A stretch of 32,000 nucleotides of DNA from sequence record MK814762.1. One strand, written 5' to 3'. A model generated the notes under the pieces. The model had not been told where the DNA came from, ran no database searches, and saw only the letters and a program-made list of their open reading frames with translations. Positions 26,396 to 32,000 of this stretch are shown here, in pieces. The stretch's first letter is position 1, and each line of letters opens with the position of its first letter. Source of the stretch: Microbacterium phage Bustleton. The translations under genes and the position numbers were made by a program.

Positions 26396-26710
26396 CTACT
26401 TGCGGTGGAAGAAGCCCCAGCCCCAGCGGGCACCGGCCTGGAACGCCTGAGTGAGCTCAGCCGCCATGATGATCTCGTCCTTATAGATGTCCTGGGCGAC
26501 GACCTTGGCCTCGGCGGAGTAGGTCTCCAGCTTGGGCGGGGTGCGCTTGCCCGTGACGCCGGGGCGGAACCACTTGCGGATCCCACGGGCGAAGCCCACC
26601 AGCACCGCGAACACGATGATAGCAGCGCCCAGCAGAGCCAGCAGCCAGAATGCCCAGAGCAGCAGGCCGACCAGCCATTCCCAGGGGTTGGAAGCGTTGA
26701 AGAGGTCCAT
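26396..26710 (-). CDS. small membrane protein
   Basis: MDLFNASNPWEWLVGLLLWAFWLLALLGAAIIVFAVLVGFARG...; GGAGGAG RBS; TGATG overlap with the upstream gene. Confidence 0.65.
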   Translation of the reverse strand: MDLFNASNPWEWLVGLLLWAFWLLALLGAAIIVFAVLVGFARGIRKWFRPGVTGKRTPPKLETYSAEAKVVAQDIYKDEIIMAAELTQAFQAGARWGWGFFHRK

Positions 26711-27522
26711 CACAGCTCCTCCAGACCCTCGAGAACGGGCTGGGCTGCCTCGCCGGTGCCGACCGGCTCGTTGGCGTGGGGGTTGGCGCTGGCGCGCTTG
26801 GCCCACACCTTGCGCATCTCGGCTTCCTGGGCGTCGTAGATCTTGTCAGCCCACTTGTCCAGCAGCTCGAAGTGACGGGGGTAGACGTGCAGGTTGGCCA
26901 CCTGGAAGGTGATGTTGCCCCGCTGGACCTCGGGGTACGTCAGCGAGAGCGCCCCGAGAAGCTGCTCCATGACGTCATCCCACATGCTGTAGTCGGCCCG
27001 GTAGCCCCAGACCGCGTCCATGGAACGCATCTGCGCGATGATGTGCAGGCGGTCCTCGTGGTCGATCATGAAGTTGAGCGCGTTGGTGCAGATGAAGTCG
27101 TTCCGGCCGTTCTTGTGGGCCAGGTTGTGGATGTCCCGGTCGCTGATGATGGCGACGGCGTGGCGCGTGCCCTTGCCCTCCATCATGAACGTGTCCACGA
27201 CCCGGTTGAAGAGCGACGGCTGCGGGGGCAGCTCCTCACCCTTGCCGAACAGGATGTGGCCGTAGGCGCTGTTCACCTTGCCGTCCCAGCCAGCGCACGC
27301 CTGGAACGCCTGGGGGACGGGGGCTTCCATGTCGCTGAGAGACGCGCTGCCCGTGTTGAACCAGGCCAGCTCACGCCGTACCCAGTCCTCGTTCCGCTCG
27401 CCGATCATGGAGTTGTTGGTGGCGATCCAGGAAACGTTGTAGAGCACCTTGTTCCCGGTGCGAGGGTCGATCGGCGCGTCCTTGAGGGCCAAGGCGACGT
27501 CGTCGGAGTCGTAATGCATCAT
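26710..27522 (-). CDS. thymidylate synthase-superfamily enzyme, candidate deoxypyrimidine (dCMP/dUMP) hydroxymethylase
   Basis: Co-linear with ThyA: 'ELAWFNTG', 'NSAYGHILF', 'RHAVAIISDRD', 'ICTNALNFMI', 'RSMDAVWGYRAD' (vs RSCDVFLGLPFN), 'NLHVYPRHFE' (vs DTHLYSNHMD). Confidence 0.8.
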   Translation of the reverse strand: MMHYDSDDVALALKDAPIDPRTGNKVLYNVSWIATNNSMIGERNEDWVRRELAWFNTGSASLSDMEAPVPQAFQACAGWDGKVNSAYGHILFGKGEELPPQPSLFNRVVDTFMMEGKGTRHAVAIISDRDIHNLAHKNGRNDFICTNALNFMIDHEDRLHIIAQMRSMDAVWGYRADYSMWDDVMEQLLGALSLTYPEVQRGNITFQVANLHVYPRHFELLDKWADKIYDAQEAEMRKVWAKRASANPHANEPVGTGEAAQPVLEGLEEL

Positions 27523-27566
27523 GATGTTCTCCTTGCTATGGGGCTGCGGCCTGAGCCGCTATGGTT

Positions 27567-27595
27567 AGCCTACAGGGTGATCACCCTGGGGGCAA
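27567..27595 (-). promoter_or_regulatory. predicted promoter TTGCCC-N17-TAGGCT with 16-bp palindrome CAGGGTGATCACCCTG (27573-27588) in the spacer
   Basis: -35 at 27590-27595, -10 at 27567-27572; upstream of the ThyA-like gene. Confidence 0.6.
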
Positions 27596-27597
27596 GA

Positions 27598-27622
27598 GGC
27601 GGGCCACACCGTGCAGCCCGCC
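27598..27622 (-). terminator. terminator-like hairpin GGCGGGC/GCCCGCC
   Basis: 7-bp perfect stem just downstream of the 27630-27854 stop codon. Confidence 0.5.
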
Positions 27623-27629
27623 CCAGGTC

Positions 27630-27854
27630 TTAGGTGACAGGCTCCAGACGGTGCAGGCCCGTCCAGGTGGCCGTGATGCTGGGGTGCTGGCGGCTGCCCT
27701 CGTCCCAGATGACGCGGATGTCGTTGTACTCCACGCGCTTGACGGTGCCGGTGCGCTCGGTGCCAGTGAGCCGAACCCGGCCTCCGGCGACGATGCCCTT
27801 GGCCTCGGCGGCTGCGGTGATGGCTGCGATCTTGGCCTTCATGCTGCTGTTCAT
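27630..27854 (-). CDS. hypothetical protein
   Basis: 74 aa; RBS-like AAAGG. Confidence 0.6.
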   Translation of the reverse strand: MNSSMKAKIAAITAAAEAKGIVAGGRVRLTGTERTGTVKRVEYNDIRVIWDEGSRQHPSITATWTGLHRLEPVT

Positions 27855-27878
27855 GGCGTGGAACCTTTCGTGAGGGGC

Positions 27879-28082
27879 TTACTTGACAAGGGCCAGCGCT
27901 GCGGCTGCTGCACTGGTGCGGACATCGTAGCTGCCGGTGTACATGACGTCAGCCAGGTGGCCGAGCTTGGTTGCCACCGAAGCGGTCACGACCTGGAGCT
28001 CGACTGCGTCGTTGAGCAGGCGGTGGATGCCCCGGCTGTCCTGGTCGGTGATGGCGTTGGTGAGAAGCTGCTTGATGTCCAT
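27879..28082 (-). CDS. hypothetical protein (predicted leaderless)
   Basis: 67 aa; ATG 6 nt from a predicted -10. Confidence 0.6.
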   Translation of the reverse strand: MDIKQLLTNAITDQDSRGIHRLLNDAVELQVVTASVATKLGHLADVMYTGSYDVRTSAAAAALALVK

Positions 28083-28088
28083 GTGAAT

Positions 28089-28118
28089 ACTGTAGCACCG
28101 AATTGATCAACTGTCCAA
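28089..28118 (-). promoter_or_regulatory. predicted promoter TTGGAC-N18-TACAGT, 6 nt before ATG 28082
   Basis: -35 at 28113-28118, -10 at 28089-28094; near-identical to the 29207-29235 promoter. Confidence 0.7.
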
Positions 28119-28283
28119 GACAGTGACACACGGGATGCAGCCGTCGTCCCGCCTGGCGTCAATGTAGCCCTCCCGAGGCTCGGGCCTGCGGAGGAAGGTG
28201 TTCGGTGTGGCCTGCTGGGGCACCCCTCCGAAGAAGGTTGCCCCGTACAGCCAGGCGTCCATGATGTCGTCGAAGTAGCTCAT
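28107..28283 (-). CDS. 58-aa hypothetical protein
   Basis: MSYFDDIMDAWLYGATFFGGVPQQATPNTFLRRPEPREGYIDARRDDGCIPCVTVLDS; ATGA overlap with the upstream stop. Not in the supplied track. Confidence 0.6.
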   Translation of the reverse strand: MSYFDDIMDAWLYGATFFGGVPQQATPNTFLRRPEPREGYIDARRDDGCIPCVTVLDS

Positions 28284-29017
28284 GCGCTGATCCCCCGACC
28301 CTGGGTCATGCTGCGCTCGCCCGTGTTCGCCTGCTGGCCAGCCTGGAAGCCGTCGGCCGCTGCGAAGCTGCTGCCCTTCCGGCGCGTGGCTCGGGCCTTG
28401 CCCTTGGCCATGCTGTCGAAGAACTCGCCCACCTTGGCGTCACGGCTGACAAGCACCAGCTCGGTTCCGGTGCCAGCCTCCTGGACCACCTTGGCGCGGC
28501 TGTCGGCGATGCGGCGACCCGCCCCGTTACCGAAGCCCATCACGAAGCTCCGGCGCGCTGCCTTCTGGTCGTAGCTGGGCAGACCCCGGAAGCTGTCAGC
28601 GTTCTCAGCCCACCAGGCACGGACGGCGACAGCCGACTGCACCTGGAGCGACAGGATGAGCGTCTCGGCCTGCTGCACGTCGCTCTCGTAGCCGATGATG
28701 TAGAGCGACACGCTGCGGTCAGGGTTGCGCGACTGCAGGACGCGGAGGCTGCCCAGACCACGGGTGACGGCTGCCCCCAGGTTGATCATCTCGCGACGGT
28801 AGGTCCCCGTGAAGGTCATCTTCCGCTGCACGATCTGCTCGGTGGCCTGGCCAGCCTTGGCCCGCTTGGCGTCGATGCGCGCCTGGTCGATACCGTACTT
28901 GATCATCAGGCGCTCGGCGTGCTCGGTGAGGGCTTCAGCCTCCTCCGGCGTGGTGCTCTCGGCCTTGGCGAGGAGCTGGGCGATGAGCTCGAGCTTCTTG
29001 TCCTGGGTGTCAGCCAT
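28280..29017 (-). CDS. DUF2786 domain protein
   Basis: 'KKLELIAQLLAKAESTTPEEAEALTEHAERLMIKYGID' matches the DUF2786 N-terminal pattern. Confidence 0.8.
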   Translation of the reverse strand: MADTQDKKLELIAQLLAKAESTTPEEAEALTEHAERLMIKYGIDQARIDAKRAKAGQATEQIVQRKMTFTGTYRREMINLGAAVTRGLGSLRVLQSRNPDRSVSLYIIGYESDVQQAETLILSLQVQSAVAVRAWWAENADSFRGLPSYDQKAARRSFVMGFGNGAGRRIADSRAKVVQEAGTGTELVLVSRDAKVGEFFDSMAKGKARATRRKGSSFAAADGFQAGQQANTGERSMTQGRGISA

Positions 29018-29041
29018 GATGTGGAACCTTTCTAGCGGGGC

Positions 29042-29200
29042 TTACTTGGCGGAGATGTCAACGAACCAACGGCCACGGGCCACTCGCTCGATGTGGATGT
29101 GGATGGGGCCTCCCTGGGCCTTGGCGAAGCGCACCGCGTCCCGCTCGTTGGTGAACTCGTAGGTCTGGGCGAGGGGCTTGAGGGGCTGCGCGTTGTTCAT
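29042..29200 (-). CDS. 52-aa hypothetical protein (predicted leaderless)
   Basis: MNNAQPLKPLAQTYEFTNERDAVRFAKAQGGPIHIHIERVARGRWFVDISAK; ATG 6 nt from a predicted -10. Not in the supplied track. Confidence 0.6.
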   Translation of the reverse strand: MNNAQPLKPLAQTYEFTNERDAVRFAKAQGGPIHIHIERVARGRWFVDISAK

Positions 29201-29206
29201 GTGACT

Positions 29207-29235
29207 ACCGTAGCACCGATTGAGGATCAGTCCAA
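29207..29235 (-). promoter_or_regulatory. predicted promoter TTGGAC-N17-TACGGT, 6 nt before ATG 29200
   Basis: -35 at 29230-29235, -10 at 29207-29212. Confidence 0.7.
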
Positions 29236-30102
29236 GACGAACTGAGAAGGGATCTCGACCCGGTACTTGCCCCGACGCTGGTAGGGCTGCCTGCCCACCT
29301 TGCCCGCCAGCTTGAACCGAGCGTACTTGGAGAACTCGCAGAACACGTTCTGGATGTCCATCCAGCTCGCCGGTCGGCCGTTGCTGCGGGGCAGCGGGGG
29401 CAGCTTGTCCACCGGGAAGTGACTGATGGTGTGCAGGGCTTCGGCAGGGCTGGCGCTCTTCTTGCCCAGCAGGAACCCGACCCCCTTGCGGCTGCCAGGG
29501 CCAGCGAGTACGAAGTCGTTCTCCTGATCAGGCTCTCCGGTGCAGTAGCCGAGGTCGGTGGCGATCTGCATGGCGAGAAACGGGCCAAGACCAGGCGTTT
29601 TCTGCAGCTCCTTGACTCGTGTGGCCAGCTTGCTCAGGCTGGCAGCGCGCTCCAGGCTGGGGGCAGCAGCGGGGAACATCTCCTGCATCTTGTCCACCGT
29701 GCCGCGCTTGTCGCCAGGCTTGATGAGGATGATGTAGGCACCGTTCAAGAAGGCACCAGGTCGGGCCTCAACCACGGGGCGCACGACGTCGTCGTACCAG
29801 TCCGGGTCGGTGATCTCTGCGAAGCCTGGCACGTACCCATCGTTCGCCGCGATGATGTCGTCCATGCTGTCGGGCCTGTTCACCTGCCGGTAGAAGTAGG
29901 ACAGGGCCACACGATCCAGGGTCTCCTCCGGGCCGAAGGCGTTCATCAGCCGAAGCAGGTACTGACTGCCCCGGTCCAGCACGCGGAACACGTTGGTGAA
30001 CTTCTGCGTCTGGACGATGGGGTCGGTGACCTCCTTGCCCAAGTAGGCGCGGTGCCGCTGCCGTGCGAAGCGGATAACGTCGTTGATCGTGAAGTCAGTC
30101 AT
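29227..30102 (-). CDS. alpha-glutamyl/putrescinyl thymine pyrophosphorylase / 5-hmdU DNA kinase helical-domain family protein (DNA hypermodification)
   Basis: 'RHRAYL....TDPIVQTQKFTNVFRVLDRGSQYLL', 'YFYRQVNRPDS', 'FLNGAYII', 'LGPFLAMQIATDLGY...ENDFVLAGPGSRKGV', 'DIQNVFCEFSKYARFKLAG...QRRGKY'. Confidence 0.8.
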   Translation of the reverse strand: MTDFTINDVIRFARQRHRAYLGKEVTDPIVQTQKFTNVFRVLDRGSQYLLRLMNAFGPEETLDRVALSYFYRQVNRPDSMDDIIAANDGYVPGFAEITDPDWYDDVVRPVVEARPGAFLNGAYIILIKPGDKRGTVDKMQEMFPAAAPSLERAASLSKLATRVKELQKTPGLGPFLAMQIATDLGYCTGEPDQENDFVLAGPGSRKGVGFLLGKKSASPAEALHTISHFPVDKLPPLPRSNGRPASWMDIQNVFCEFSKYARFKLAGKVGRQPYQRRGKYRVEIPSQFVLD

Positions 30103-30700
30103 TGTACAGCAGCTCCTCTACGATGTCGACCAGGTCCTCCGTCTGGCCGGGGATGTCGTTGGTTACCTCCAGGGTCTCAACCCCGTGGTCAATGGCCCAG
30201 TTGACGATCTTGTCGGTCTGGGTGATCTTGCCCTTGCGCCACGAGTCCTTCTGGTACTCGCTGCCGATGCTGTCGGCGCGGGCCTTGGCGCGGGCCTCGC
30301 TGTCGGCAGTCGTGACCACCAGCAGCGTCAGCCGAGTGTGCTTGTGGGCCACACTCATGAACTTGTCGTGCGCCAGCAGCGACCCTTCCAGCAGGATCCA
30401 CCTGTCCTGGCGCATGTGTGGCATCGGCGCACCGGCAGCCAGCCAGTCGCGGGCCATCGCCTGAGTGTCGCGCTGCATGCCGTCCACGCCAGGGAACGCC
30501 GTGCCCACGCGGCCGAGGGTCACGCCGTCGCTGCCCAGCAGCACTCCGCGAAGGTGCCGCTCCCGCTCGACGCCGCGCACGGTCGCCAGCTCGGTCCGCA
30601 GGATCACGTCCTTGTGGGGAGCGTGCCTGTCCGTCACTCCGGTGAACAGGGTGCTCTTCCCGCTGCCGGGGTAACCGACGATATACACCAGGCGGGTCAC
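30095..30700 (-). CDS. P-loop kinase, candidate hydroxymethylpyrimidine DNA kinase catalytic subunit (GTG start)
   Basis: 'LVYIVGYPGSGKSTLF' Walker A; overlaps the downstream glycosylase-fold gene by 8 nt. Confidence 0.65.
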   Translation of the reverse strand: MTRLVYIVGYPGSGKSTLFTGVTDRHAPHKDVILRTELATVRGVERERHLRGVLLGSDGVTLGRVGTAFPGVDGMQRDTQAMARDWLAAGAPMPHMRQDRWILLEGSLLAHDKFMSVAHKHTRLTLLVVTTADSEARAKARADSIGSEYQKDSWRKGKITQTDKIVNWAIDHGVETLEVTNDIPGQTEDLVDIVEELLYND

Positions 30701-31041
30701 TTCGTCCTCCCGACCTTGCGCCGCGTCGGCTTCGCACCGTCCGCGTTGACGGCCTTCTCCAGCAGGGTGATCACCTTGTCGAAGTCGTCCTTCTCAAGCG
30801 CCTTCTCCGCCCTCTCCAGTGCAGGCAGGGCGACCTCGCAGATCCGTATCTGGGTGTCCGTGCTCTCGTTCTTCCCAGCGTATTTCAACTGACGCTTGTG
30901 CTGGTAGTACTCCGCAACGCGCATGGACTCCAGCGCTTCCTTGATCATGTCGTAGCTGGCCTGCTGCATCTCGCCTATCATGCTGCACTCCTTCAGCAGC
31001 TCGATGATGACGCGGGCAGTTACTCGCCTGTCGCTGTTCAT
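30697..31041 (-). CDS. hypothetical protein, first gene of leftward operon
   Basis: 114 aa; AAGGAGG RBS; GTGA overlap with the next gene. Confidence 0.65.
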   Translation of the reverse strand: MNSDRRVTARVIIELLKECSMIGEMQQASYDMIKEALESMRVAEYYQHKRQLKYAGKNESTDTQIRICEVALPALERAEKALEKDDFDKVITLLEKAVNADGAKPTRRKVGRTK

Positions 31042-31095
31042 ATGTGGCCTCCTTGGGGCTGTCGGGGTGCCCTTAGCGTAGCACGCCTGCCCCTA

Positions 31096-31123
31096 ACTAT
31101 ATATAGCGCGCGCTATCTGTAAA
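31096..31123 (-). promoter_or_regulatory. predicted leftward early promoter TTTACA-N16-TATAGT with 14-bp palindrome ATAGCGCGCGCTAT (31103-31116)
   Basis: -35 at 31118-31123, -10 at 31096-31101; AT-rich island in GC-rich DNA. Confidence 0.65.
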
Positions 31124-31139
31124 CTGGAAACACCACATA

Positions 31140-31168
31140 ACCCCCGTGCTCGTCAGAGCTGAGGGGGT
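31140..31168. repeat. interrupted inverted repeat ACCCCC-GT-GCTC-GTCA-GAGC-TGA-GGGGGT
   Basis: Outer 6 bp and inner 4 bp; candidate terminator or operator. Confidence 0.4.
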
Positions 31169-31237
31169 GGTTTATAGAAGCGTTGGCCCAGACGCTGCGC
31201 CCAATGACCAGAACCTGATCCATAGCTGCTCACAGCA

Positions 31238-31276
31238 CTGGGCGCTCCTACGCGCCAGAGGCGCTGTCGCGCCCAG
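31238..31276. repeat. nested inverted repeats in the divergent control region
   Basis: CTGGGCGC (31238-31245)/GCGCCCAG (31269-31276) enclosing GCGCC-AGA-GGCGC (31252-31264). Confidence 0.6.
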
Positions 31277-31309
31277 CGACGCAGTCCTCTATCGGTTCTC
31301 AACCTGGTC

Positions 31310-31339
31310 TTGCGCTTGCGCTGGGGTGTGGGCTAAGGT
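31310..31339 (+). promoter_or_regulatory. predicted rightward promoter TTGCGC-N18-TAAGGT, 6 nt before ATG 31346
   Basis: -35 at 31310-31315, -10 at 31334-31339. Confidence 0.5.
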
Positions 31340-31345
31340 TGGGGC

Positions 31346-31585
31346 ATGGAGAACACCAGGCTGAAGCTCAGCGGCACGACATGGTCGGAACTGCTGGGCA
31401 TCGTCATCCCCACTGTCATCACAGTTCCAAGCGGCGAGCAGTTCCGTTGGGATGAGAGTGTGGGATCGTACTGCTCTGACGTCACTGGCGCGGGGCTGTA
31501 CATCGAGCCTTCGGACAACGAGGGCAACATCACACCGGACTCGTACTACGAGCTTCCTGAACCCCAAGGAGATATCAATGGCTGA
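31346..31585 (+). CDS. hypothetical protein (predicted leaderless)
   Basis: 79 aa, MENTRLKLSGTTWSELLGIV... Confidence 0.6.
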   Translation: MENTRLKLSGTTWSELLGIVIPTVITVPSGEQFRWDESVGSYCSDVTGAGLYIEPSDNEGNITPDSYYELPEPQGDING

Positions 31586-32000
31586 CAACGACCCGACGAG
31601 CGTGCTTCCCGTGGTCAATCGGCAGGACGGCGTCGTCCCTGTCGCACGAATCCGCGTGTCAGGTTCCTGGCGCGTGGTGTCCAGCGACTTCGCGGAGCTG
31701 TCGCTGCGGCTGAAGTTCGGTGAGCGCTGGCTGCGGCTGACTCATCCGGACAGGCCGCTTCTTGTGGCCAGGCGCTTCTCAGGTGAGGGCAAGCGCGAGG
31801 CTCCGGAGCTGTCTGTCATCGCTGCGCTCAAGCGTGCGCTCGGTGCTGGGGGTGCGCATGTGTTCACCCTGGACGGGTCCGAAGCCCGTGTGGGTGACGG
31901 TGTCACCGAGTGGCGTTACTGGGCTTGGCTTGGTGGCCGGATGACGGTGGCCCTGGAGACCCAGGCCGACGGCACGGTGCAGGTCATCGGGCTGGCGTAA
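31578..32000 (+). CDS. hypothetical protein
   Basis: 140 aa from ATG 31578 (MADNDPTSVLPVVN...), AAGGAGA RBS; stop TAA at the window end. The track start at 31452 is unlikely. Confidence 0.6.
   Translation: MADNDPTSVLPVVNRQDGVVPVARIRVSGSWRVVSSDFAELSLRLKFGERWLRLTHPDRPLLVARRFSGEGKREAPELSVIAALKRALGAGGAHVFTLDGSEARVGDGVTEWRYWAWLGGRMTVALETQADGTVQVIGLA

Noticed and set aside
13200-31345. Integrase, excisionase, partition, toxin-antitoxin or retron genes
   Set aside because: None recognised in this window; lysogeny cannot be judged from this segment.
31452-31577. Track's upstream extension of the last ORF (MRVWDRTALTSLARG...)
   Set aside because: Overlaps the 31346-31585 gene out of frame; the ATG at 31578 has an AAGGAGA SD and better composition.

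Overview
The window is part of a dsDNA tailed phage genome, siphovirus-like, with an actinobacterial host (Streptomyces-type is my inference from codon usage, AK-rich tails, promoter style and lysis genes). A rightward late module covers about 1-13.2 kb: head-tail completion, tail tube, tail assembly chaperones, tape measure, Dit-like and minor tail proteins, a GH18-like tail glycoside hydrolase, an amidase-LysM-2xCW_7 endolysin, and holin-like membrane proteins. It ends at a bidirectional terminator-like hairpin. A long leftward early/replication module covers about 13.25-31.04 kb: RepB-primase/RepA-helicase fusion, VRR-NUC, an acidic ssDNA-binding-like protein, RecA-like ATPase, Cas4/RecB-like nuclease, family A DNA polymerase, SNF2-like helicase, MazG-like NTP-PPase, dNMP kinase-like protein, a ThyA-superfamily enzyme, DUF2786, a glycosylase-fold alpha-glutamyl/putrescinyl-thymine-pyrophosphorylase / 5-hmdU DNA kinase helical-domain family protein, and a P-loop kinase. 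A divergent control region and two rightward genes end the window. The most interesting content is a candidate DNA base hypermodification system: a ThyA-like enzyme with Asp at the position that selects dUMP or dCMP, plus translationally coupled DNA-kinase-like proteins. Also notable are a family of near-identical promoters placed exactly 6 nt from start codons (leaderless mRNAs), palindromes inside promoter spacers, a tRNA-like RNA with an aberrant 15-nt anticodon loop next to a 16-bp hairpin, and several small translationally coupled ORFs missing from the supplied track. All assignments are by-eye motif reading; no database search was run.
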